DNA of 64,000 bases from an uncultured Chroococcidiopsis sp. GTDB lineage: Bacteria; Cyanobacteriota; Cyanobacteriia; Cyanobacteriales; Chroococcidiopsidaceae. The notes under the pieces were generated by a model. That model did no database searches, was not told the origin of the DNA, and saw only the letters and a list, made by a program, of their open reading frames with translations. The position numbers and the translations under genes were made by a program. The stretch is from assembly GCA_964248365.1 (NCBI GenBank), contig CAXTYC010000001.1:320001-384000 (forward strand), read 5' to 3'. Shown here piece by piece: positions 19,916-29,614 of the stretch. Position 1 is the first letter of the stretch; the number at the start of each line of letters is the position of its first letter.

Positions 19916-19984
19916 GAAGGATTATGTGGTGAGGAATTGAATTATGTGGTGGGCATGGGTGGACGATTATCTGGTGGATATTGC

Positions 19985-20794
19985 CTACCCTACCAGGTTT
20001 TGAATTTGGGTTGGGGTTAATTCTTCGACATTACTGAAAATAGTAACTGCTCCTGCTGCTTTGAGGGTATCAGCATAAGCATTACGGCGCTCTGGTGTTG
20101 TTAGGACATGGGGTGGTAAAATTCCTACACCAATCCAAAGGCGATCGCTCGCGATCGCTCTTGCCTTTGCTACTGTATACATATCAGCTACCGTATCCCC
20201 TAGGTAAATGACTGGGGCTGCTTGGTTTAACTGATGCTGCTGTTCTAGCTGTTGTACTGTTGCTAATAGTCCTGTAGGATCGGGTTTACCTGGTGCATCT
20301 TCCATAGCAATTAACACTGGTGCATTTAAACCAAGGCGTTTTTCTAAAACGTAGGTAGCTGAGGCGCGAGTCGCCCCGCTAAAAAAGCCCCACAATATCC
20401 CTGCTGCACTAAGCTGTTCTAAATAGCTCAGGTTTAGTAGTAAGGGTTCCCCGCAGATATAACCTGTAAAATGATCAGGATCTGTCCCGCGATAACGAGA
20501 TTGAAAAAAAGCGACTATTGTGTCGTAGTTTAGCTCAAGAGCGGATCTTGATTGTCCCTGCGCTTCAAAGTAGCGATAAATTAATTCTTGGGATGCTTCC
20601 CAATCGTTGTTCCAGATGCCTTCTGACTTGAGGAAGTCAATATCTGTTTGTGTGGGACGGTAAGCTTTTGCCGTAAAATGCTCTACTGTGTCTGCGATCG
20701 CTCGTCGATAAGATCCCCCGACATCGCGGACTACACCGTCAATATCAAAAACTGCGATCGCTTTGACTCTTGGTTGTTTAAGTTGTTCAGTCAA
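19985..20794 (-). CDS. TIGR01548 family HAD hydrolase
   Basis: Motifs FDIDGVVRDV, WNNDW, GKPDP and GDTVADM. Confidence 0.9.
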   Translation of the reverse strand: MTEQLKQPRVKAIAVFDIDGVVRDVGGSYRRAIADTVEHFTAKAYRPTQTDIDFLKSEGIWNNDWEASQELIYRYFEAQGQSRSALELNYDTIVAFFQSRYRGTDPDHFTGYICGEPLLLNLSYLEQLSAAGILWGFFSGATRASATYVLEKRLGLNAPVLIAMEDAPGKPDPTGLLATVQQLEQQHQLNQAAPVIYLGDTVADMYTVAKARAIASDRLWIGVGILPPHVLTTPERRNAYADTLKAAGAVTIFSNVEELTPTQIQNLVG

Positions 20795-20910
20795 GTCGTC
20801 TTTATCTCCAAAATGAGCGTTGCAATGTTTATTTACCCAGCCATTAAGGGTATAATAATTGTTTGCACACTTTTTTTAATTTTGCTTGGTGTAAACGAGC
20901 GGAGGTGGGA

Positions 20911-21210
20911 TTGTCAAAGTTTATTTTAAAGGTTCTTTGGTTAGATGAGAACGTTGCCCTTGCAGTTGATCAAGTGGTAGGCAAAGGGACAAGTCCATTA
21001 ACTAAATACTTTTTTTGGCCTCGTAATGATGCTTGGGAAGAGCTAAAGAACGAGCTAGAGGCTAAAAACTGGATCACTGAACAAGATCGGGTTGAGTTGC
21101 TCAATAAAGCCACTGAAGTGATCAACTACTGGCAAGAGGAAGGCAGACGTAGACCACTAGGTGAAGCTCAGTCGAAGTTTCCAGAAGTTGCCTTTATCGG
21201 CAGCGCCTAA
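20911..21210 (+). CDS. ycf65: 30S ribosomal protein PSRP-3 (Ycf65)
   Basis: [28 protein letters not shown] and INYWQE; TTG start after GGAGG. Confidence 0.92.
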   Translation: MSKFILKVLWLDENVALAVDQVVGKGTSPLTKYFFWPRNDAWEELKNELEAKNWITEQDRVELLNKATEVINYWQEEGRRRPLGEAQSKFPEVAFIGSA

Positions 21211-21665
21211 AGTCAAACCTCGTCGCCTGCTGGTTAGACAATTTACCAGATTTTAATGCTTTTATCATTGCTTGCAGCCAGGCGCTGCGCTGCTGCGGAC
21301 ACACGAGTGCCAAAACCGCCCACCGATATGCCCTGAAAAGGTGTATTGAGGGCGGTTTTCAATTTTTCCATTCTGGGATAATACTTTTAAAAGTTAATAA
21401 AACTCGCTGTCATGTGGGAGTATTCTTGGTTGTAGCAAGCCCAAATAATTACCTGCCTACCCTGCTTGCTAGCAAAATTACTAGGGCAAGGACGCATCTG
21501 TGATGAAGGTGGGTGAGTGACATGATTAACTCAAGTTTATGCCCCTCGCTTGGCTAATTTATTCCTACAAGCACAAATGCCATGTTGCTAGATTAGTCCA
21601 GTAGATAAAATTTAAGGATGAGTAAATATACTGATAAGCAAATTCAAAGTTGAGTAAATCTAATA

Positions 21666-22979
21666 ATGAAAGCGATCGCCAGCCAACTAGCAACCATTGT
21701 CGGCACACAAGGAGTTTGTGAATGGGATAATATAGATGCGACGCGCACCCAGCAGATCCGACGAGCGATCGCTACTACCACTACTCCTAGTTGCATAGTT
21801 TATCCCAAAAGTCAAGCAGAATTAGCAGCAGTTATCGCCCAGGCTGATAGTAACAACTGGCGCATTTTAGCTTTTGGTAGCGGCAGTAAAATTAGTTGGG
21901 GGGGACTAGCAAAAGATGTTCAGGTGCTTGTTAGTACAGAACGGTTAAATCAAATAATTCAACACGCTGTAGGTGATTTGACAATCACAGTAGAAGCAGG
22001 AACCGTCTTTGCTGATATTCAGACTACTTTAGCTCGTGCAGGACAATTTCTGGCTCTCGATCCAACTGCCCCAGAATTAGCCACAATAGGAGGTATCGTT
22101 GCTACAGCTGATACTAACTCTTTGCGGCAACGCTATAACAGTGTGCGCGATCAGTTGCTGGGAATTTCCTTTGTGAGGGCAGATGGAGAAATTGCCAAAG
22201 CTGGGGGACGAGTGGTGAAAAATGTTGCAGGTTATGACTTGATGAAGTTGTTTACTGGTTCCTATGGCAGTTTGGGGATAATAACTCAAGTGACGTTTCG
22301 AGTTTATCCAATGCCGGAAGCGTCTGGGACTGTGGTTGTGACTGGAACGGGGGAGGCGATCGCCAAAGCTACATCTATCCTGCGTAGTTCGGCTTTGACA
22401 CCCACCAAAGCTGATTTACTCTCAACTGGGCTAGTAGCTAATCTAGGTATAGGTAAAGGACTAGGATTAGTGACTCGCTTTGGTAGTCTGAGCGAAAGTG
22501 TAAAGGAACAGTCTACTCGGCTGGTAGAAGTTGGGCAACTCCTCGGTTTACAGACAGCTATCTACTCAGATGAGGATGAAACCCAATTATGGCAACAATT
22601 GTCAACACAAATCCAGAATTCTCAACCAAATCAATCAATTACTTGCAAAATAGGAGTATTACCCTCAACGGCTGTAGCTACGCTAAATCAGCTAGATCAA
22701 ATTGCGCCCCAACAGGGAATAGGTTTGATTCATGCTGGTAGTGGATTGGGGTTATTGCGGTTCGACCCAAATGTCAAAACTCATACCGTTTTGCAGATGA
22801 GAACATTTTGCCAAACTCAAGGAGGTTTTTTGACAATCTTGGATGCGCCAGTCGCGTTCAAGCAACAGTTGGATGTCTGGGGTTACAGGGGTAATGCATT
22901 GGAATTAATGCGTCGAATTAAGCAGCAGTTTGATCCGAAGAATATTTTGAGTCCTTATCGGTTTGTGGGAGGGATTTAG
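21666..22979 (+). CDS. glcE: Glycolate oxidase FAD-binding subunit
   Basis: DLTITVEAG, AKAGGRVVKNVAGYDLMKLFTGSYGSLG and FDP; adjacent to glcF. Confidence 0.8.
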   Translation: MKAIASQLATIVGTQGVCEWDNIDATRTQQIRRAIATTTTPSCIVYPKSQAELAAVIAQADSNNWRILAFGSGSKISWGGLAKDVQVLVSTERLNQIIQHAVGDLTITVEAGTVFADIQTTLARAGQFLALDPTAPELATIGGIVATADTNSLRQRYNSVRDQLLGISFVRADGEIAKAGGRVVKNVAGYDLMKLFTGSYGSLGIITQVTFRVYPMPEASGTVVVTGTGEAIAKATSILRSSALTPTKADLLSTGLVANLGIGKGLGLVTRFGSLSESVKEQSTRLVEVGQLLGLQTAIYSDEDETQLWQQLSTQIQNSQPNQSITCKIGVLPSTAVATLNQLDQIAPQQGIGLIHAGSGLGLLRFDPNVKTHTVLQMRTFCQTQGGFLTILDAPVAFKQQLDVWGYRGNALELMRRIKQQFDPKNILSPYRFVGGI

Positions 22980-23116
22980 TGGAGGGGCTAGGGGAGCTGT
23001 GTGCGTTGCCGCTGTTCCCTGCGTTGAGCGCAACTGGCGTGCTAGGGGCTAGGGGCTAGAGGAACCAAGGGCTAGTCAAACTTTCATCTGTGGTTAAAAA
23101 CAAATTTAAATAACTC

Positions 23117-24487
23117 ATGCAAACTTCAGAATCTCCTTTAAATAATTTATCGGGTGAAAAAGTAGCTACTATCAAGGATTTAAATGGGTTTGATGAGCAT
23201 CATCCTCCCGATCCAAAATTGATTGATAGCTGCGTTCACTGTGGGTTTTGTTTGTCTACTTGTCCGAGTTATCGGGTGATGGGCAAGGAGATGGATTCTC
23301 CAAGGGGTCGCATTTATTTGATGGATGCGATTAATGAGGGTGAGATTGCTTTGAATACTGCCACTGTGCAGCATTTTGATTCGTGTTTGGGATGTTTAGC
23401 TTGTGTTACTACTTGTCCTTCTGGTGTGCAGTATGACAAGTTGATTTCTGCTACTCGTCCGCAGGTTGAGCGGAATTACCCGCGTGGTTTGTTAGATAGG
23501 CTTTATCGCCAAGTTATTTTTTCCTTTTTTCCCTATCCCAATCGGGTACGGTGGTTGCTAGTTCCTTTACTGGTGTATCAGACGCTGGGTTTGCAGAAGC
23601 TTGTCCGTGCTACCAAACTACTGAAGATATTTTCTCCCCGCTTGGCTGCAATGGAATCGATTCTGCCGAAAATTACGCTCGGTTCTTTCAAAGATAGCCT
23701 TCCTACTGTGATTGGGGCAAAAGGTGAGAAGCGCTATCGGGTGGGGATGATTTTGGGTTGTGTGCAACGGTTGTTTTTCTCCCCAGTAAATGAGGCTACG
23801 GTTAGGGTTTTAACTGGTAATGGTTGTGAGGTGGTGATTCCGAAAACTCAAGGTTGCTGTGCTGCACTACCCCATCATCAGGGACAAGAAGAACAAGCCA
23901 AGCAACTTGCCCGAAATATGATTGATAGTTTTGCAGCTACTGATGTGGATGTTGTGATTATCAATGCGGCTGGCTGCGGTCATACTTTGAAGGAATATGG
24001 ACATCTATTGCAAGATGATCCGCAATATCGGGAAAAAGCAAAGGAATTCGCGGCTAAGGTGAAGGATGTGCAGGAATTTTTGGCTACGGCTGGGTTAACA
24101 GCCGAACTTTCGCCCTTGGCGGATAAACCGCTAACTCTGGTTTATCAAGATGCTTGTCATTTGTTGCACGGGCAAAAGATTAGTGTGCAGCCGCGTCAAC
24201 TGCTCAAGCAAATACCAGGGGTGCAGCTAAGAGAACCAATCGATGCGGCTTTGTGTTGTGGTAGTGCAGGTGTTTACAATATGCTGCAACCAGATGTTGC
24301 GGATGATTTGGGTAAGCAAAAAGTTGACAATCTGCTCAATACTGGTGCTGATTTAATTACTTCTGCTAATCCAGGTTGCACTTTGCAAATTACTAAACAT
24401 TTGCGCCAGCAGGGTAAGGAAATTTCGATTATGCATCCCATTGAGTTGTTAGATTATTCGATGCGGGGAATGAAGATCGAAATGTAG
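23117..24487 (+). CDS. glcF: Glycolate oxidase Fe-S subunit
   Basis: CVHCGFCLSTCP, CLGCLACVTTCP and CCG domains. Confidence 0.88.
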   Translation: MQTSESPLNNLSGEKVATIKDLNGFDEHHPPDPKLIDSCVHCGFCLSTCPSYRVMGKEMDSPRGRIYLMDAINEGEIALNTATVQHFDSCLGCLACVTTCPSGVQYDKLISATRPQVERNYPRGLLDRLYRQVIFSFFPYPNRVRWLLVPLLVYQTLGLQKLVRATKLLKIFSPRLAAMESILPKITLGSFKDSLPTVIGAKGEKRYRVGMILGCVQRLFFSPVNEATVRVLTGNGCEVVIPKTQGCCAALPHHQGQEEQAKQLARNMIDSFAATDVDVVIINAAGCGHTLKEYGHLLQDDPQYREKAKEFAAKVKDVQEFLATAGLTAELSPLADKPLTLVYQDACHLLHGQKISVQPRQLLKQIPGVQLREPIDAALCCGSAGVYNMLQPDVADDLGKQKVDNLLNTGADLITSANPGCTLQITKHLRQQGKEISIMHPIELLDYSMRGMKIEM

Positions 24488-24526
24488 AGACTTGGATTAA
24501 TTAGGGGGATGCAGAGCATCCGATGC

Positions 24527-24555
24527 CTCGTTCCCAGGCTGAGCCTGGGAACGAG
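24527..24555. repeat. REP-like palindrome between convergent genes (second copy at 33279-33299)
   Basis: CTCGTTCCCAGGC-TGA-GCCTGGGAACGAG is a perfect 13-bp stem. Confidence 0.75.
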
Positions 24556-24557
24556 TT

Positions 24558-25937
24558 CTACCTCGCTTGAGTGGCTAAACTTTTAGCAGTATGAAGCCGT
24601 TTACCTGTAACAACTAAGCGTACATTAGTGGGGGCTGAAACCAAACCTCGACGTACAGGTTTGACTGGGCGATTATCTGCTAGTTCTAATTCCAGGCTGG
24701 AAAGAATTTTTGCAAGTACTACTTTCATTTCAAATAGAGCAAATGCCATGCCAATACAGCGCCGACTACCACCCCCAAAGGGTAGATATTCATAGGGGGA
24801 AAATTGGCGTTCTAAAAAGCGCTCTGGCTTAAACTTTTCCGGCTCTGGGTACACATCTTTCCGCCGATGAGCGAGATAAATACAGCCCATTAGTACTGTA
24901 CCTGGCTCTAACTGGTAGTCCAGCAGTTGCACTGGTGTTTGTACCACGCGAGCAAAGGTAAGCATCCCAACTGGATAAATTCGCAGAGTTTCCGAGCAGA
25001 CAGCATTTAGATAAGGTAGTCGGAAAATGGCGTTATTGTCTGGTTTTTCACCCAGGCTATCGAGTTCCTGCAGCAGCTTGTCGCGCACATCAGGCAGCTT
25101 GTGAATCCAGTACAACGCCCATGTTATAGCAGTCGCCGTAGTTTCATGACCAGCAAACAGCATTGTCATCAACTCATCACGTAATTCGTTGTCTGTCATT
25201 GGCGAACCTGCTTCATCACGCGCAGACATAAGCAATGCCAAGATGTCTGTACGGTTGGGATCGGGTTGCTCTCGGCGTTCTTGAATTTCTGTATAGATGA
25301 GAGAATCGATTTGCTGTTTTTGGCGTAAAAAGCGTCCCCAAGGGCTCCTCGCGCCTAAATCCTTTTGTAGAATTGGAAAAAACAGCATACTGGCACTTAA
25401 GGGGGAACTCGTGACATCGATCATAGAACAGAGGAGTTCCTCTATCTTTTGGTAGCGCGAGCCTTCACTTAGCCCAAATACGGCACGTAAGATCACTCGC
25501 AGGGAGATCGCTTGCATTGACGGACGGACGGGAAAGGGTTCGCCAATTTTCCATTGGCTAATTACTTGCTCGGTAATGTCGCTAATGATTTGACCATAGG
25601 CTCGCATCCTTTCGCCATGAAAGGGAGGCATTAGCAACTGACGCTCACGCCGATGGTGTGAGCCACTGAGCATGATTACTCCAGAATCTCCCAGCAAAGG
25701 GCGAAAAATCTCGTTCATATCCCCAGGCGCATCAAACTGTTTGCTATCGCCTGTCAACATCTCCTCAATTGCCTGCGGGTTGCTCACGAATACCAAGGGG
25801 CGAAAATTACTACCTATCCGCACTGTGAAGCAGTCGCCATAGCGATCGGCACACTTATGCATGAAGGCAAATGGGTTAGCGATCCATTGCATCATTTGCA
25901 CAAGTGCTGGAGATTGTGGACCTTGAGGTAGTTTCAT
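24558..25937 (-). CDS. Cytochrome P450 (CYP110-like)
   Basis: Motifs AGHETT, ETLR, PERF and PFGGGSRRCIG. Confidence 0.95.
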   Translation of the reverse strand: MKLPQGPQSPALVQMMQWIANPFAFMHKCADRYGDCFTVRIGSNFRPLVFVSNPQAIEEMLTGDSKQFDAPGDMNEIFRPLLGDSGVIMLSGSHHRRERQLLMPPFHGERMRAYGQIISDITEQVISQWKIGEPFPVRPSMQAISLRVILRAVFGLSEGSRYQKIEELLCSMIDVTSSPLSASMLFFPILQKDLGARSPWGRFLRQKQQIDSLIYTEIQERREQPDPNRTDILALLMSARDEAGSPMTDNELRDELMTMLFAGHETTATAITWALYWIHKLPDVRDKLLQELDSLGEKPDNNAIFRLPYLNAVCSETLRIYPVGMLTFARVVQTPVQLLDYQLEPGTVLMGCIYLAHRRKDVYPEPEKFKPERFLERQFSPYEYLPFGGGSRRCIGMAFALFEMKVVLAKILSSLELELADNRPVKPVRRGLVSAPTNVRLVVTGKRLHTAKSLATQAR

Positions 25938-26121
25938 AAGCGAATTTAAGAAAGTTTTCTATATATTTACAACAAGCCTAAGCTATCAAATTACGAACTT
26001 AAGCTAGCAAATATACAAATTAATGTGAACTAATTTTAATAAATCTACCGCAGGGTAATTTAGCCTCAAAGCAGAAGGGAGTAATTTATCGGAAGCGCCT
26101 TTAAATAAATTTGCGATCGCT

Positions 26122-27411
26122 ATGAATATAGACATATATATTCTTGACCTATTGGTAATTGGTCTACTCCTTTTGATGGTTACATTAGGCTCAGGTTGGA
26201 TTTCCCGTTTACCGCTTTCTTTTGCGCTGATCTACCTAGTTGTTGGTATTATTCTAGGTCCTTATGGATTTAAGCTGATTCAATTAAAACCAGATGCCAA
26301 TTTTTTAGAGCGAGCAACGGAATTAGTGGTAATTATATCGGTATTTAGCTGCGGTTTGAAAATGAACCGTCCCTTGAAATTATGGGCATGGGGAATTACA
26401 GCGCGGCTGATTGGGTTTTTAATGCCGATTTCGATTGTGGCGATCGCTGCTGTGGGACATTGGTTGTTAGGAATCAGGTGGGGTGCAGCTATTTTACTGG
26501 GAGCAATTCTCGCACCTACCGATCCAGTTTTAGCCTCAGAAGTTCAATTATCCGATATTAATGATGATGATGAGTTGCGCTTTGGTTTAACCTCTGAAGG
26601 TGGTTTAAATGATGCCTTAGCATTTCCCTTTGTTTATTTCGGACTTTATTGGTTAAAAGATCCCAACTGGGAATCCTGGTTTAAAAAATGGGTAGGCGTA
26701 CAATTAATTTGGGAAATTGCAGCTGGTATCATCATGGGAATTGTTGTAGCCAGAGCAATTGTTTGGCTCGACCGCAAAATACAAAAACGTCGTCCTGCTG
26801 ATAATTTAATGGAGGATTTTGTAGCGATAGCTACAATTTTGCTCACCTATTCTCTTACAGAAATTGTCAACGGCTACGGATTTATTGCTGTCTTTGTAGC
26901 AGGAATAGTAGTTGCCAGAGCTTACCACGATCCAGAAAAAAGACTATCTCAATTGGAATTTTTGGAGCGGATTGAAAAGCTGATGGAAGTCGGAACAATT
27001 TTGCTACTCGGTTCAATTTTGAGACTTCAGCCGATGTTAGCCTTTGCTGGTAACTCGCTTATCGTAGCAGGATTGTTGCTTTTTGTGATTCGACCTGTGG
27101 GAGCATGGATCAGTACAATTGGAGCAAATCCCCCCGTAGAAATCCGCCGCCGTATGCATCCAAAAACCCGTTTGCTACTTGGTTGGTTTGGTATTCGCGG
27201 TGTCGGCTCTATATATTATCTATGCTACGCTTTTGGAGAAGGCTTGAAGGATCAACTTGGTGAGCAGATTGCCTGGATTACTTACACAACTATTGTAATT
27301 TCTGTAATTTTGCATGGGGTTACTTCCACCCCATTAATGAAATGGTATGAACGTAGGGTAAAACCCAGTAGTAAAAAGGCTAATTCTGCAACCGTACCTG
27401 AGCAAACTTGA
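26122..27411 (+). CDS. CPA1 cation:proton antiporter (NhaP-like)
   Basis: Multi-TM; APTDPV, SEGGLND and WFGIRG. Confidence 0.92.
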   Translation: MNIDIYILDLLVIGLLLLMVTLGSGWISRLPLSFALIYLVVGIILGPYGFKLIQLKPDANFLERATELVVIISVFSCGLKMNRPLKLWAWGITARLIGFLMPISIVAIAAVGHWLLGIRWGAAILLGAILAPTDPVLASEVQLSDINDDDELRFGLTSEGGLNDALAFPFVYFGLYWLKDPNWESWFKKWVGVQLIWEIAAGIIMGIVVARAIVWLDRKIQKRRPADNLMEDFVAIATILLTYSLTEIVNGYGFIAVFVAGIVVARAYHDPEKRLSQLEFLERIEKLMEVGTILLLGSILRLQPMLAFAGNSLIVAGLLLFVIRPVGAWISTIGANPPVEIRRRMHPKTRLLLGWFGIRGVGSIYYLCYAFGEGLKDQLGEQIAWITYTTIVISVILHGVTSTPLMKWYERRVKPSSKKANSATVPEQT

Positions 27412-27464
27412 TAAGAGCGCGCATTCGGAATTATTTTAAGAATGCCAATACAAAAAAACAATAT

Positions 27465-27485
27465 GGTGGGCATTGCCCACCCTAC
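27465..27485 (-). repeat. GTAG-type REP (further copies at 34423-34443, 46283-46299, 46380-46399; degenerate at 19973-19993)
   Basis: GGTGGGCAWTGCCCACCCTAC is the reverse complement of GTAG plus a palindrome. Confidence 0.85.
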
Positions 27486-27562
27486 GTTAATATCCGAGAT
27501 TGGCAACGAAAATAATTTTTAATTCGTAATTATAATTTAAGTACGAATTACGAATTATTTTG

Positions 27563-27928
27563 TCATTTCTTGGAGAAATTATCTTGGATTTCTGTTAAAC
27601 CTGGCTGGGAATTTTTTCCTTGAGACTTGACTATGGTTTTTGTGTTAGCCTTCTCGTTTGGATCAAACAGCTCGTTTTTGTTTGCCAATTCTTGCTTAGT
27701 TTCTTCTAGCCTACCTGTTGCTTCACTCATTTCATAGGCACGCTCAATCTTTTCCTCTGGAGTTGGCTGCTCATCTCCTGGGATTAGCTTTATTTCTTCA
27801 AATGTTGCGGCATTAACAGGCAAAGAAGTGAAAATAACTAACCCTGATAAACTCAGTAAAGTCATCAGACATAAAGCTAGAATTTTCCTAAAAAATCCTT
27901 GACTTAAGGCTAATAAAATGCTTTGCAT
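27563..27928 (-). CDS. Secreted/membrane-anchored hypothetical protein
   Basis: GGAGG RBS, signal peptide ending VNA-A, hydrophilic body with ERAYEMSEATG. Confidence 0.7.
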   Translation of the reverse strand: MQSILLALSQGFFRKILALCLMTLLSLSGLVIFTSLPVNAATFEEIKLIPGDEQPTPEEKIERAYEMSEATGRLEETKQELANKNELFDPNEKANTKTIVKSQGKNSQPGLTEIQDNFSKK

Positions 27929-28147
27929 GAATCCTCCGTTGTATAATGCGTGAGTAGATATAGCTACAAAACAATTTTTATGCTGAAAGGAATCCTACGG
28001 TTTTAAGTGCATTCGTGCCTTCTGCCAAAGGACACATAGTAATTCGTAATTCGTAAGGAAGTCAGGAGTTGTGGAGTTGTGGAGTTGTGAAGTTGTGAAT
28101 TAATGATTCTCCCACTGTCCCACTCTCCCACTCTCCCAAGCCCCTAG

Positions 28148-29251
28148 TTACAGCCATGCTTGATGAATGTGAATGCCTCGGCTTTGCATAGTTTGTTCAA
28201 ATAAATTGGTGGGTAGTGCTTGTTCGACAGCCCAAACACCAGGCTTTTTGAGTTTGCCATCTAAGATCAGTTGGGCGATGCTACCAGTGCCACAACCAGA
28301 GGCGATCGCTGTATTGTCATGCACTAAAGTTGAACAATAACTTGCACTCTGACCATTTTTAAATCCAGTCACATGGGAACGAATTGCTACCCCAATGCCG
28401 CTAAAAGGATTGGTAACATCGGTCATGAAGTGGCTAACGTGGGATAAAAACTCGATAGTAGCTTTTTGCTGCATCAAGGGTTTGGGAAACCAATGTGCCG
28501 CAATCCAGGTAAGATGATTATAAAAATCGGGAATTGAGCCAAATTTGGTAATTACAGTTTTGACGGGAAAAGCTTCGGGTAGGGTGAAGGCTTCTGGCAT
28601 ATCAAACCAGTAAACATGGGATTTATTATAGGGGGCAGGAAATTGTACCTTTTCGCGATCGCTATAGGGTTTCACTTCCTTCCACTCGCCATCAATCCAA
28701 GCGGTAAACGGTTTTTGTAGTCCTAAAAACGTCGTCCGCATCACCGTTACCCCAGCCCCACCAGAACCAGATACCAGGTAACTCAGGTGGATGCGTTCTG
28801 GCTGATCCAATTGTTCAACTCCTTGACGCACCATGCTGTTAGAAATGCCAGGGAACACGCCAGTATTAACAATTGCTGTCACTCCCGCCGACTCGGCTGC
28901 CGAATGCCAGTTTAGTGCTTTGCGGGTAAAGGATCTGTGATCGCTAACATCCAGATAGTCGGCACCTTGTTCAATGCACATTTGGAGAACACTAGCATCG
29001 CGGTAGTGAAAGGGACCTGCACAGTGAATTACCAGATTAGAAAATGCGATCGCTTTTTTTAATCCTTCTTTATCCGCCAAATCCAATTCTAGAAACTGCA
29101 CTCTTGAACCTAGTTGTTCGCTGATTGCTATCCCAGCAGCCCGATGGCGGCTAGTAATCGTAATTTGTGCCAAGGTGTGGGTAACGAGATCTTGGGCTAC
29201 ACTTCTACCAATCCGCCCCCGACCGCCAAGAATTAATACCTGGTCTGTCAT
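28148..29251 (-). CDS. Saccharopine dehydrogenase-like oxidoreductase
   Basis: Motifs LILGGRGRIG, HCAGPF, YLDVSD and GVFPGISN. Confidence 0.9.
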   Translation of the reverse strand: MTDQVLILGGRGRIGRSVAQDLVTHTLAQITITSRHRAAGIAISEQLGSRVQFLELDLADKEGLKKAIAFSNLVIHCAGPFHYRDASVLQMCIEQGADYLDVSDHRSFTRKALNWHSAAESAGVTAIVNTGVFPGISNSMVRQGVEQLDQPERIHLSYLVSGSGGAGVTVMRTTFLGLQKPFTAWIDGEWKEVKPYSDREKVQFPAPYNKSHVYWFDMPEAFTLPEAFPVKTVITKFGSIPDFYNHLTWIAAHWFPKPLMQQKATIEFLSHVSHFMTDVTNPFSGIGVAIRSHVTGFKNGQSASYCSTLVHDNTAIASGCGTGSIAQLILDGKLKKPGVWAVEQALPTNLFEQTMQSRGIHIHQAWL

Positions 29252-29614
29252 TGATTCAGAACTGTGACACCATATCTATTTCAGCAAATTTAACTCCACC
29301 TGTCCCTCGGTTACAAGGATGACTTTGAAAGGATGAAGGTAGAAGGATGAAGGCTGAAATCAAAAATCTAATTCGGATGCAAGCATCTTTAATCGGATAT
29401 TACCTGCCTCTAAAGTATGAAAGGTCGAAGGATAAAGGAAAAAGGGTGAAGGCAAAAAGGTTGAAGGATAAAGGATAAAGGTTGAAGAATAAAGGATGAA
29501 GGATGAAGGGAAAAAAGAAAAGGGAAAAGGGAAAAGGGAAGAGGGAAATAATTAAATATTCTGATCTCCACAACTCCTGACTCCTTCACACTTCATCCTT
29601 CACACTTGGTCACT

